A stretch of DNA of 64,000 nucleotides from an uncultured Collinsella sp. (lineage in GTDB: Bacteria > Actinomycetota > Coriobacteriia > Coriobacteriales > Coriobacteriaceae), in NCBI GenBank assembly GCA_902464645.1, contig CABQKL010000001.1:2387-66386 (forward strand), given 5' to 3'. The notes under the pieces were generated by a model. The model made no database searches. It saw nothing but the letters and a program-made list of their open reading frames with translations, and was not told the DNA's origin. Each line of letters opens with the position of its first letter. Position 1 is the stretch's first letter. This document shows, piece by piece, positions 19,265-28,101 of the stretch. The translations under genes and the position numbers were made by a program.

Positions 19265-19338
19265 TGGAGCGGGCGACGGGAATCGAACCCGCGTCATCAG
19301 CTTGGAAGGCTGGGGTTCTACCATTGAACTACGCCCGC
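19265..19338 (-). tRNA. tRNA-Gly (TCC)
   Basis: GCGGGCGTAGTTCAATGGTAGAACCCCAGCCTTCCAAGCTGATGACGCGGGTTCGATTCCCGTCGCCCGCTCCA; cloverleaf with encoded CCA. Confidence 0.97.
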
Positions 19339-19344
19339 AAGATA

Positions 19345-19421
19345 TGGTCGGGACGACAGGATTTGAACCTGCGACATCCTGCTCCCAAAGCAGGCGCGCT
19401 ACCAAACTGCGCCACGTCCCG
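19345..19421 (-). tRNA. tRNA-Pro (TGG)
   Basis: CGGGACGTGGCGCAGTTTGGTAGCGCGCCTGCTTTGGGAGCAGGATGTCGCAGGTTCAAATCCTGTCGTCCCGACCA. Confidence 0.97.
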
Positions 19422-19512
19422 AAGGTGTTGAGCAGCTAAGGCATAAACCTTGCGTGTCCCAAAGCGAAGGAAATTATAGGGGAGACTCCCCGCCTGTGCA
19501 AGCATTGATGCC

Positions 19513-20871
19513 TTAGCTCCTCGAATGTGCGACAAACTGGCTATGAACCAGACCAATCACAAACGCGACCACAGCAACCGGCGCCCACGCAGCACCGATA
19601 TCTGCCAGCGGCAACGCATCGAACGGTAGCCAGGCCCCCGCAAAGAACGCATCGCGGACCGAGGTGATCACGCTCTGCACCGCGACGACGCCGCCGACCC
19701 AAACCCACACCTGCGGATGCGCGTCACAAAAACCGTGCACCAGGCCCATCAGCACCAGCACGATGGCAACGGGATACAAGGCGTTGAGCATGGGCACCGA
19801 GAACATAAGGATCACGTCGAGGCCCACGTTGGAGAGCACGCACGAAAACGTTGCGAACACAAAGGCGAGAATCGCAAAGGGACGGCGCATGGCCTCCTCG
19901 GAAGCCTCCGCTCCCCCTTCGACCACATACGTCTCGCAGAAGTAACGCGAGCAGCAGCTGATAAGGCCGATACAGACATTCATGCAGGCGAGGAAGAAAA
20001 TCGCAAAGACGACAACCGTGCCGGCTAGGCCAAAGTGCATAGAGGCCGAACGCGCAAGGATCGCGGCGCCGTTGGTGGCGTCGGGCATAACCGTGCCGAG
20101 CTGCATACCGGCAAGCGCCAGGCCGCAGTAGATGATGGCCATGAGCACGCCGGCGATCACACCGGAACGCGAAATCTCGAAGGCCACGCGCTTGTCATCG
20201 GTAACGCCCAACTCGTGGATGGTCTCAGCGATGATGATGCCAAAGGCGAGCGACGCGAGCAGGTCCATGGTCTGATAGCCAGTCAAAAAGCCCTGCACGG
20301 CGGCGCCGGCATTGTAGGGGGCCTGTGGCGCGGCTGCGGGACCCAGCGGCGACACCACGGCGGCACCCACGACCAGCACGATGAGCGCAATGAGCGCGGG
20401 GCCCGTAATGCGGCCGAGCACGCGTGTGATAACACCCGGGCGCAGCGTGAGCACAAACGCGACGACGAAGAACCCGATGGCAAACACCAGACGTGCCGTG
20501 CCGAGCGAAACACCCTCGGGCAGCAGCGGCACCAGCATTTCGAACGCCGTAGAGCTTGTGCGAGGAATGGCCAGGCACGGGCCGATGGCCAGATAGACCG
20601 CCGCAACGAAGAATTCGCCAAACTTGGGATGCACGCGGCCGGCAAGCTCGCGCGCCGTTCCGGCAAGCGCCACGGCGATAAAGCCCATGACGGGCAGGCC
20701 GATGGCGGCGATGAGAAAGCCGAGCATGGCGACCGGCGTGGCAGAACCTGCCTGCAGCGCCAGCAGTGGCGGAATAATGAGGTTGCCGGCGCCAAAGAGC
20801 ATCGAGAATAGGGCGATGCCGACGGTGACGACATGGTCGGAGCGCAGACCGCGCGGCGCGGATGAGGCCAT
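19513..20871 (-). CDS. brnQ: Branched-chain amino acid:cation symporter (LIVCS)
   Basis: LFSMLFGAGNLIIPP, IGPCLAIPRT and GYQTMDLLASLAFG motifs. Confidence 0.92.
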   Translation of the reverse strand: MASSAPRGLRSDHVVTVGIALFSMLFGAGNLIIPPLLALQAGSATPVAMLGFLIAAIGLPVMGFIAVALAGTARELAGRVHPKFGEFFVAAVYLAIGPCLAIPRTSSTAFEMLVPLLPEGVSLGTARLVFAIGFFVVAFVLTLRPGVITRVLGRITGPALIALIVLVVGAAVVSPLGPAAAPQAPYNAGAAVQGFLTGYQTMDLLASLAFGIIIAETIHELGVTDDKRVAFEISRSGVIAGVLMAIIYCGLALAGMQLGTVMPDATNGAAILARSASMHFGLAGTVVVFAIFFLACMNVCIGLISCCSRYFCETYVVEGGAEASEEAMRRPFAILAFVFATFSCVLSNVGLDVILMFSVPMLNALYPVAIVLVLMGLVHGFCDAHPQVWVWVGGVVAVQSVITSVRDAFFAGAWLPFDALPLADIGAAWAPVAVVAFVIGLVHSQFVAHSRS

Positions 20872-20939
20872 AGACACACCTTTCGGGTCGAAACAAAAAC
20901 GGGACGGGCAAAAACACCCATCCCGCAAGTATATACGCT

Positions 20940-22079
20940 CTAGCAGGCTAAATCGCGTAAAGCGTCGATCGCGGTGTCGACTTCCTCGTCCGTGTTGAAA
21001 TACCCAAACGAGAAGCGGACGACGCCCTGGCGCTCGGTACCCAGTGCACGGTGCATGAGCGGGGCGCAATGGGCGCCGGGGCGCGTCGCAATCCCCCACC
21101 CTTGCATGAGCGCATCCGAGATCTCGGCCGAATCGATATCGCCCACGTTGAGCGACACAATTGCAGAGCGCGTCGGCTGGTCAAAGGCGCCGTAAAGCTT
21201 GATCTCCGGGATTTCGCGCACGCCGGCAAGAAAGCGATCAGCGAGCGCACGCTCGCTGGAAGCAATCGCCTCGACCCCACCCTGGGCCTCGATAAAGTCG
21301 AGACCAGCGGATAGGCCCGCTATGCCGTGACCGTTGAGCGTGCCCGCCTCGAGGCGCGTGGGCCACTCAAGCGGCTGCAGCGCATCGAAGCTGCGCACGC
21401 CCGTGCCGCCCATGGCCCACGGAGCCACGTCAATGTCCTCCGCCACGGCCAGACCACCGGTGCCTTGGGGTCCCATGAGCCCCTTGTGGCCGGTAAAACA
21501 CACGACGTCGAGCCCCATGGTATCCATGTCAATCTTCGCCGTACCGGCAGACTGAGAGGCGTCGACGATAACCAGCGCGCCGGCCGCATGAGCCACAGCC
21601 GCCACACGTGCAACATCAACGGAGTTGCCGGTCACATTGGAGGCGTGCGTCACCACCACGGCACGCGTGCCCGGCGTGACCAGCTGCTCGAGTTCGTCGT
21701 AGTCGAGCACGCCGTTCGCGTCGCAGCCCGCATACTCAACGGTCACGCCCTGCTCTACCGCCAGGCGATTGAGCGGACGCAGCACGGAGTTATGCTCGAG
21801 CACCGTCGTGACCACACGATCGCCGGGACGCACCACGCCATTGATGACGGTGTTGAGCGCCGCGGTGGAGTTGGGCGTAAAACAAACATGGTCTGCCCTC
21901 GGGCAACCTAAAAAGCGCGCAAGCTTAGTGCGGCAGCCATGAATCGTGCGCGCCGCATCGAGCGCGCCCGACGTCGCGCCACGTCCGGCATTGCCGAGCG
22001 AGCACATCGCCTGCGTCACGGCATCGATCACCGTCTGCGGCTTATGCATGGTCGTCGCCGCGTTATCCAGGTAGATCAT
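20940..22079 (-). CDS. Cysteine desulfurase / selenocysteine lyase family (PLP class V)
   Basis: IYLDNAATT, THASNVTG, DASQS, TGHKGLMGPQG and RPGAHCAP motifs; lies in the selD operon. Confidence 0.92.
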   Translation of the reverse strand: MIYLDNAATTMHKPQTVIDAVTQAMCSLGNAGRGATSGALDAARTIHGCRTKLARFLGCPRADHVCFTPNSTAALNTVINGVVRPGDRVVTTVLEHNSVLRPLNRLAVEQGVTVEYAGCDANGVLDYDELEQLVTPGTRAVVVTHASNVTGNSVDVARVAAVAHAAGALVIVDASQSAGTAKIDMDTMGLDVVCFTGHKGLMGPQGTGGLAVAEDIDVAPWAMGGTGVRSFDALQPLEWPTRLEAGTLNGHGIAGLSAGLDFIEAQGGVEAIASSERALADRFLAGVREIPEIKLYGAFDQPTRSAIVSLNVGDIDSAEISDALMQGWGIATRPGAHCAPLMHRALGTERQGVVRFSFGYFNTDEEVDTAIDALRDLAC

Positions 22080-22327
22080 CGCACGACCTCCCACATGTCG
22101 ATTACCGTAAAGCCCTCGGTGGGGACGCCCGCCGCGGCAAGCTCGCCGCGCAGCAGGTCCTCATCGGCAGGCAACGCCTTCCATGCCAAACCGCAGCCGG
22201 CAGCGACCTCCCCGGGTACGGGAATCGTTCGCCCGGGAAGGCTGCGCTCGATGCACAGGGACTCGCACCCCATGGCGGCCGCCGTGGTGGGAAACGTGAT
22301 GACAAGCGCCGGGCGCTTCTCCCTCAT
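22076..22327 (-). CDS. DUF3343-like small protein
   Basis: VITFPTTAAAM...IPVPGEVAAGCGLAW pattern typical of DUF3343 proteins in selenium clusters. Confidence 0.75.
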   Translation of the reverse strand: MREKRPALVITFPTTAAAMGCESLCIERSLPGRTIPVPGEVAAGCGLAWKALPADEDLLRGELAAAGVPTEGFTVIDMWEVVR

Positions 22328-22346
22328 GGCAACTCCAACCAATACG

Positions 22347-22973
22347 CTACGGGCGCACGACGCGCACGGCCTGCTCCATCTTCTCCACAATCACGTACAT
22401 GTTGGTGACCTCGCCCACCGCAAGCTGGTCTTTAATGCCATAGTGGTCGAGGCAGGTACCGCAGGTGAGAATCTCGACACCCTGCTCGGCCAGACCCTTC
22501 AGGTCGTCGAGCACCGGCGAGCCCTCGACGGTGAGCTTGGCGCCGCCGTTGTAGAACAGCATGGTCGCGGGCAGCTCCTCCTGCTGCGTCACGGCAAAGA
22601 TAAACGCCTTCATGAGCTTGTGGCCCAGCTCGTCGTCGCCACGGCCCATGCAGTCGGTGTAGACGGAAATGACAAGCTTGCCCTTGCCGGCGCTGGCATC
22701 ACAGAAGGCAGCGCCATCCTGCTCGGGATCGGCCACGGCAACGGCGCCAGAGGTCGCCACGGTCACGTGCCACTCGGCGTCAGAAACCTTCTCGACCGAG
22801 GCCGTGCAGCCTTTCTCCTGCGCCATCTTGGAAATGTTCTTGACGGCGGTCTCATTATCGACCGAGGTCACGACGGCGCCCTCGCCATCGAGCTGCTTCA
22901 GGGCTTTGAGCGTCTTGACGACGGGTAGCGGGCAGGCATCGCCCATGGCATTGACTTCAATTTTGGTAGACAT
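22347..22973 (-). CDS. yedF: Sulfurtransferase-like selenium metabolism protein (TusA/SirA + DsrE-like fusion)
   Basis: N-terminal GDACPLPVV (TusA CPxP); C-terminal MGRGDDELG, FYNGG, CGTCL, TNMY. Confidence 0.88.
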   Translation of the reverse strand: MSTKIEVNAMGDACPLPVVKTLKALKQLDGEGAVVTSVDNETAVKNISKMAQEKGCTASVEKVSDAEWHVTVATSGAVAVADPEQDGAAFCDASAGKGKLVISVYTDCMGRGDDELGHKLMKAFIFAVTQQEELPATMLFYNGGAKLTVEGSPVLDDLKGLAEQGVEILTCGTCLDHYGIKDQLAVGEVTNMYVIVEKMEQAVRVVRP

Positions 22974-23033
22974 AGCTTTTCCTTTCGAAAGAACCGTTCT
23001 AGAGAACGGTAAACAGTTACATAAACGTGCGGG

Positions 23034-24083
23034 CTAGCGAACAACGTGGACGGCAGGACCGCCTGGCACCGACTCGCACACGCGACCGACGACGGCGGCA
23101 ATACGTCCTTCGGCATGCAGACGGCGCGCAAGCTCATCCACATCGGCAGCAGGTGCCGCGATAAGCAGGCCACCAGACGTCTGCGGGTCGTACAGCGCGT
23201 CGAGCATGCCCGGCTCAAGGTCCTCGTCGGCCGTCACGCGCGGGCCAAAGAAGTCCTGGTTGCGGTAGGAGCCCGCGGGGATAATGCCCAAACGCGCCAT
23301 GTCGAGCACCTGGTCAAAGAGCGGCACCGCCCCCGACGCAAGCTCAATCTGCACGCCCGAGCCCTCGGCCATCTCGCACGCATGCCCGATCAGGCCAAAG
23401 CCCGTGATGTCGGTGCAGCCGTGAAGCTCAAGTCCCTCGGCCAGACGAATCGGAGCCTCGTTGAGGGTGCGCATCGAGTCAAACATGGCTGCGGCCTCGT
23501 CCTGCTCGATGAGCTCGCCCTTAATGGCCGTGGTGATGATGCCCGAGCCAACCGCCTTGGTCAGCAGTAACGCATCGCCCACGCGCGCGCCGCTGTTGGC
23601 GAGCATGCGGTCGAGCGCGACAAACCCGCTCACGGACAGGCCGTACTTGGGCTCGTCGTCGTTGATGGTGTGACCGCCCGCGATGGTGCAGCCGGCCTCG
23701 ACGCACTTGTCGGCGCCGCCCGCCAGAATCTGACCGGCAACCTCAACGCCCAGACAGCTCGGGATGCACAGCAAGTTCATGGCATGGCTCGGCCGCCCGC
23801 CCATGGCGTAGATGTCCGACAGCGAGTTTGACGCGGCGATCTGGCCAAACAAAAACGGGTCGTCGACCATCGGTGGGAAGAAGTCGATGGACTGCACGAG
23901 ACCCAAGTTATCGCCAACGCGAAAGACGCTCGCATCGTCGGAGGTATCGAACCCCACGAGCAAGTTGTCGTTATGCACATTGGGTAAATCGCCCAGGACC
24001 TGGGCGAGGGCTCCAGGAGCCAACTTAGCGGCTCAACCGCTCGCGGCAGTCATAGACGTGAGCTTAATCTGATCGTCAGCCAT
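23034..24083 (-). CDS. selD: Selenide, water dikinase (selenophosphate synthetase), selenocysteine form (Sec17)
   Basis: SD GAGGAGG, then MADDQIKLTSMTAASG-U(TGA 24033-24035)-AAKLAPG, in frame with the ORF-track 23034..24023 ORF; DDASV, DFFPP, GGHT, DITGFGL and DPQTSGGLL motifs. Confidence 0.95.
23989..24032 (-). promoter_or_regulatory. SECIS-like structure of selD
   Basis: After the UGA: GGCU-CCUGG-AGCC hairpin, then UCGCCCAG-GUC-CUGGGCGA hairpin; which one is functional cannot be told from sequence. Confidence 0.6.
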
Positions 24084-24153
24084 CGATACCTCCTCTCATC
24101 GGTCAATCATTTTCTCCCAGTATACGCATGAATGCGAGCCTGCGGCGGATGCA

Positions 24154-24918
24154 TTAATTGAGCGCCTGTGCGCGAATCGCCGCGCCGATGGCACCGGCAA
24201 AGCGAGCCTGGGGCGAGGTGGTCACCGGCGACCCCAGCAGCTCGCCCAACCGCTCCACCACGAAGGCGTTCTCGCACAGGCCACCGGTCAGGTAGTACGG
24301 GGCGCCCGCGGCCTGCCCGGCCATGGTCGCCACGCGCGAGACCACGCTGTCGATCACGCCACGCGCAATGTTCTCGCGCGGCTCACCGCGACCGATCAGG
24401 CTGATAACCTCGCTTTCGGCAAACACCGTGCACATGCTGCTGATCTTGGTGGGCTCGCCGGAACGCGCCAGGTCAGCCATCTGCTGCTGGGAAATGCCTA
24501 GGCGATCGGCCATGATCTCCAAAAAGCGCCCCGTGCCGGCGGCGCACTTGTCGTTCATGGCAAACTTGGCCACGCGGCCACTTTTAAGCTGAATGACCTT
24601 GGTGTCCTGGCCGCCTACGTCAATCACCGTGCCGTGATCGCCAAACAGGCGCACGGCACCGGTACCGTGGCAGGTGATCTCGGTCACGACCTTGTGCGCA
24701 TAGGGCACGGCGACACGACCGTAGCCGGTCGCGACCACACGCACATCGTCGGCTGCCACGTCATAGCCGGCCGCTGCCAGCGCCTCGCGCAGCCGCTCGG
24801 AAGCATCGACCGAGGAGAACCCGGTTGGCTGCACGCACGTCCACGCCACCGAACCCTCCCCGTCGACCACAGCAGCCTTAGCCGCCGTAGACCCGATATC
24901 GATCCCGATCCCTATCAT
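24154..24918 (-). CDS. ATP-dependent activase/reductase (HgdC/BadF family; DCCP-R-like)
   Basis: GIDIGST, EITCH, DVGGQDTK, NDKCAAGTG and SSMCTVFAESE motifs. Confidence 0.93.
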   Translation of the reverse strand: MIGIGIDIGSTAAKAAVVDGEGSVAWTCVQPTGFSSVDASERLREALAAAGYDVAADDVRVVATGYGRVAVPYAHKVVTEITCHGTGAVRLFGDHGTVIDVGGQDTKVIQLKSGRVAKFAMNDKCAAGTGRFLEIMADRLGISQQQMADLARSGEPTKISSMCTVFAESEVISLIGRGEPRENIARGVIDSVVSRVATMAGQAAGAPYYLTGGLCENAFVVERLGELLGSPVTTSPQARFAGAIGAAIRAQALN

Positions 24919-24970
24919 GGCTCTCTCCCAATCTAAACATCAAAGACAGCTGCGCGTTCAGGCGCCTTAG

Positions 24971-25079
24971 CTCTAGGTTTCTCAGGTGCCGGAGATTGCC
25001 CCGAAAGAGGAGCGCAGCGTACTTTGGGTACGCAAGCGACGGTTTGAGGAGCAAGATCCGGTGCCTGAGGAAGCTAGAG
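24971..25079. repeat. RPE/ERIC-like long palindromic element, family C, copy 1
   Basis: Long imperfect stem CTCTAG..TTCTCAGGTGCCGGA..TTGC / GCAA..TCCGGTGCCTGAGGAA..CTAGAG with core GAGGAGCGCAGCGTAC-TTTGG-GTACGCAAGCGAC. Confidence 0.85.
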
Positions 25080-26237
25080 GGTTTCGATGAAGGCGGCGAT
25101 GCGAGTCTCGATCTGGCCCATGTCACCGTTGCTGTAGTCGGTCTCGATCTTCATATACGGAATACCCACACCCTCGACAGCCCCCTGCATGCGCGCGCTC
25201 TCAACGTTGAAGGTGTGGCAGGCCTGTAGCACGCTCTCTACCACGCCATCGACATGGTACTTCTCGCACATGGCCAGCGTATTTTCCATACGGCCGTCGT
25301 TGGGCGTCATGACCGAGCAGTTGATGTCCAGGTAACGGTCGGCGATGGCGCGCAGAATGTCGGAAGCCTCCGGGTCGATCATCATGGCCGCCGTGCGCTC
25401 GCCCGAGCAGTCGTCCATACACACGACCACACCGCCGTTGGACTCGATGGTGCGGCCGATCTTGTTGATCACGCCGCCCACCGGGCAGCCAGTGATCAGA
25501 ATGCGCTTGGCATCCGCCGCAATCGGGCGCTCGCCAGCCTCGTAGGACTCACGAAGCTTGGCGACCTTTTGCTCCAGCTGCTGAGTATAGGCCTCGATAT
25601 CAAAGCTGAACGTACCGGCGAACATGGTGCTCATCAGGTCGACGCCGCTCATAGCCGCCGGCTGGTTGGCCTGCAGCGCGAACATCTCGAGCTGGGCCGC
25701 ACGCAAGCGATTGCGACGACGGACGGCGGCGCGCAGGTCGTCATCGGTGATCGTGATGTCGTAGAAATTCTCGAGCTCTTCCTTGAGCAGGCGGCACTCC
25801 TCGTACCAGCCTTCACGCTCGTAGGCGCGGTCGCGACCCTGCGGCAGGTGCAGAATGTGCGTGCGCTTGAGCTCGTTGAGTAGCTCGTACATCTTCTTCT
25901 TGCCGTCGCAGGTGGTCTCGCCGATGATCATGTCGCTAAAGTACGTAAACGGGCACTTTTTCGAGTAGGCAAAGCCGTACGTCGACTTGATGAGCGGGCA
26001 GAGGTTTGCCGGCAGCACCTTCTCGGCCTCGGGAATCACCTCATCGGACGTACCGCACAGAGCGACACTTGCGGCCCCCGCGGCATCGATAATCTCGAGT
26101 GGCGTATAGCTGCACAAAAAGCCGACCAGGCGATTACCCGCCTGCTTATATTCCTTAACGCGAATAAACGCCGCCTTGCGCTGCTCGTTGAACTCCTCAA
26201 ACGTGCGCGGCAACGGCTGCTCAATATTTTCCGACAT
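25074..26237 (-). CDS. Double-cubane-cluster-containing anaerobic reductase (2-hydroxyacyl-CoA dehydratase family), paralog 2
   Basis: [36 protein letters not shown] and ETDYS motifs; start MSENIEQ with SD AGGAG. Confidence 0.85.
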   Translation of the reverse strand: MSENIEQPLPRTFEEFNEQRKAAFIRVKEYKQAGNRLVGFLCSYTPLEIIDAAGAASVALCGTSDEVIPEAEKVLPANLCPLIKSTYGFAYSKKCPFTYFSDMIIGETTCDGKKKMYELLNELKRTHILHLPQGRDRAYEREGWYEECRLLKEELENFYDITITDDDLRAAVRRRNRLRAAQLEMFALQANQPAAMSGVDLMSTMFAGTFSFDIEAYTQQLEQKVAKLRESYEAGERPIAADAKRILITGCPVGGVINKIGRTIESNGGVVVCMDDCSGERTAAMMIDPEASDILRAIADRYLDINCSVMTPNDGRMENTLAMCEKYHVDGVVESVLQACHTFNVESARMQGAVEGVGIPYMKIETDYSNGDMGQIETRIAAFIETL

Positions 26238-26272
26238 ATAACTCCTAAACCTTTTAACCAACCAAGGAAACA

Positions 26273-26370
26273 GCTTTCCCGGGTGCCCGAGGTTGCCGTA
26301 AATGAGGAGCACCGCGTACTTTGGTACGCAAGCGACGGTTTGAACGGCAAGATCGGGTGCCTGGGGAAGT
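26273..26370. repeat. RPE/ERIC-like long palindromic element, family C, copy 2
   Basis: Homolog of 24971-25079 (shared GAGGAGC..GCGTACTTTGGTACGCAAGCGACGGTTTGA..GCAAGATC.GGTGCCTG.GGAAG) with compensatory stem changes. Confidence 0.85.
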
Positions 26371-26387
26371 CACCGAGACGGATAGCC

Positions 26388-27671
26388 CTAAATGGTTTCC
26401 AAGAAAGCTTCAATGCGCGTCTGCAATTGCCCCGCGTCCTCGCCGGCGTAGTCGGTGGTGATGTGCATAAACGGAATGCCGGCCTCCTCGGCAGCTTTCT
26501 CCACGGCGAAGGACTCCATTTCGTAGAGTGTGCAGAACTGCAAGGCCACGTCGACGATGCCGTCGGCATGCAGGTCGTGCGCCATCTGGACAATGTCCTT
26601 CATACGCTGGTCGTTGGGCGTAAAGACGGCGCAGTTGATCTTAAAGTAGCGCTCGGCGATGGCGTCGAGCATCTCGTCGACCGTCTCGCCGGACTCGTCG
26701 ACCAGGTCCTTGTAGTAGCGCGAGCCCGTGCAGGACTCCTCGCCTACCACAACGCCGCCGGCCTTCTCGATGAGGTTGAACAGCTTCCAGTTGGGCACGG
26801 CCATGGGCGTACCGGTGTACAGGATGCGCTTGGTCCCCTTGGGCGCCACGCCCTCGCCGGCCTCGACACGCTGCTCGCACTCAGCCGCCATATCGTTAAT
26901 GGCTCCGGTCAGACGCGGCGTGTCGTCCATAAAGGCGGCCTGAACGGTCAGCAGGCTGTCGAGACCGCTGATGGGCGCCGGATCGGCAGCGCGCGTGGCA
27001 GCGAGACGCTGCAGGGCGCGACGCTTCTCATTGACGGCGTGGATGGCGGCCTTCAGGCGCTCGGGCGTAATCTTGACGCCACACTCTTCCTCGATCTTGG
27101 CGGCGAGCTTTTTGACCTCGGCCTTCCAAGTCACGAGCGTCGACTCATCGTGCACGTTGGGAATATCCATAACGTACATGTTCTTTTGCGTGGCAAAAAA
27201 CTCGTAGGCCTTCTTCTTGCCATCGCAGGTGTTCTCGCCGACTACCAAGTCGCTCGACTCGATGTAGGGGCAGACCTCGCCCAGCTTAAAGCCGGCAAAG
27301 CTCTTGATGAGCGGGCAAGTGTTGCGCGGCAAGTGCTCCTCGACTTTGTCGGTTGCCCAGTCGGCACCCGAGCACAGGCCCACGGGAATGCCGTCACAGG
27401 CAAGCACGATCTCCTCGGGCACGTACACGCAGAACGAGCCCACGATCTTGGTGGCCTCGCCGGCCTCCTTCTTGTCGAGCATCTCCTTAATACGGCCGCT
27501 GTGGATGTTGGTGGCAACAAAGTCCAGGTAGGACGTGGACTTGGGGCGATTGTTCTGCGTCAGGAACATATCGCCGTACATCTGGCCCACGGCGCCCAGC
27601 AGCATGTCGTGGTCGGCAAGATTCATGCCGAGGCTCTCCCACATCGGATGGAAATCGAATTCTTCAGCCAT
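26388..27671 (-). CDS. Double-cubane-cluster-containing anaerobic reductase, paralog 1
   Basis: MWESLGMNLADHD N-terminus; SFCVYVPEE, NTCPLIKS, VCPY, ENTCDGKKK, ESCTG, INCAVFTPN and QFC motifs. Confidence 0.88.
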   Translation of the reverse strand: MAEEFDFHPMWESLGMNLADHDMLLGAVGQMYGDMFLTQNNRPKSTSYLDFVATNIHSGRIKEMLDKKEAGEATKIVGSFCVYVPEEIVLACDGIPVGLCSGADWATDKVEEHLPRNTCPLIKSFAGFKLGEVCPYIESSDLVVGENTCDGKKKAYEFFATQKNMYVMDIPNVHDESTLVTWKAEVKKLAAKIEEECGVKITPERLKAAIHAVNEKRRALQRLAATRAADPAPISGLDSLLTVQAAFMDDTPRLTGAINDMAAECEQRVEAGEGVAPKGTKRILYTGTPMAVPNWKLFNLIEKAGGVVVGEESCTGSRYYKDLVDESGETVDEMLDAIAERYFKINCAVFTPNDQRMKDIVQMAHDLHADGIVDVALQFCTLYEMESFAVEKAAEEAGIPFMHITTDYAGEDAGQLQTRIEAFLETI

Positions 27672-27788
27672 GACGGTTCCCCTCTTGAACCAAAATTGAA
27701 TAGCTACGGTATTGCTGCACGGTGGGTGGCGAAAACCCAGCCGCGCCTAAACCCGGAATTTTAGGGAACCTGCTTTGCGGTCGATTAT

Positions 27789-27899
27789 TTAGTTGTGCGT
27801 CGTCTCTCCCGGAGCCGTGAACATACCTGCTCATATGCGACTCCGAGTCATATATAGGGCACGCGCGGCAACGCGGCGAATGTATGTCGTCTGCGGCAT
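27789..27899 (-). other. Putative leader peptide with in-frame UGA (candidate Sec codon) upstream of the DCCP-selD operon
   Basis: SD AAAGGAGGG + 7 nt + ATG: MPQTTYIRRVAARALYMTRSRI-TGA(27831-27833)-AGMFTAPGETTHN-TAA; hairpin immediately after the UGA. Confidence 0.55.
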
Positions 27900-28101
27900 G
27901 TGCGCACCCTCCTTTACAAGTTGAGGTCAACTATATCAACGGTCATCGAACATGCGAACACCGTTGACATTCGTACGACATCGTCGTGTGCCGTCGTTTA
28001 ATAAATAATTATCTTGATTGATAAGAGTTTGTCATCTCTCATTCGACGAACGACAAAAACAAAGCCGCCGAGGCTTATATCCCCGACGGCATTACCCGGC
28101 G

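Noticed and set aside
17029..19338. Integrative island or prophage at tRNA-Gly
   Set aside because: No integrase and no duplicated tRNA 3' end (att repeat) was seen in the window.
26238..26312. ORF-track N-terminal extensions of DCCP paralog 2, arfB (to 36731) and yaaA (from 57059)
   Set aside because: They run through palindromic repeats; downstream ATGs have proper SD sequences and family-typical N-termini.
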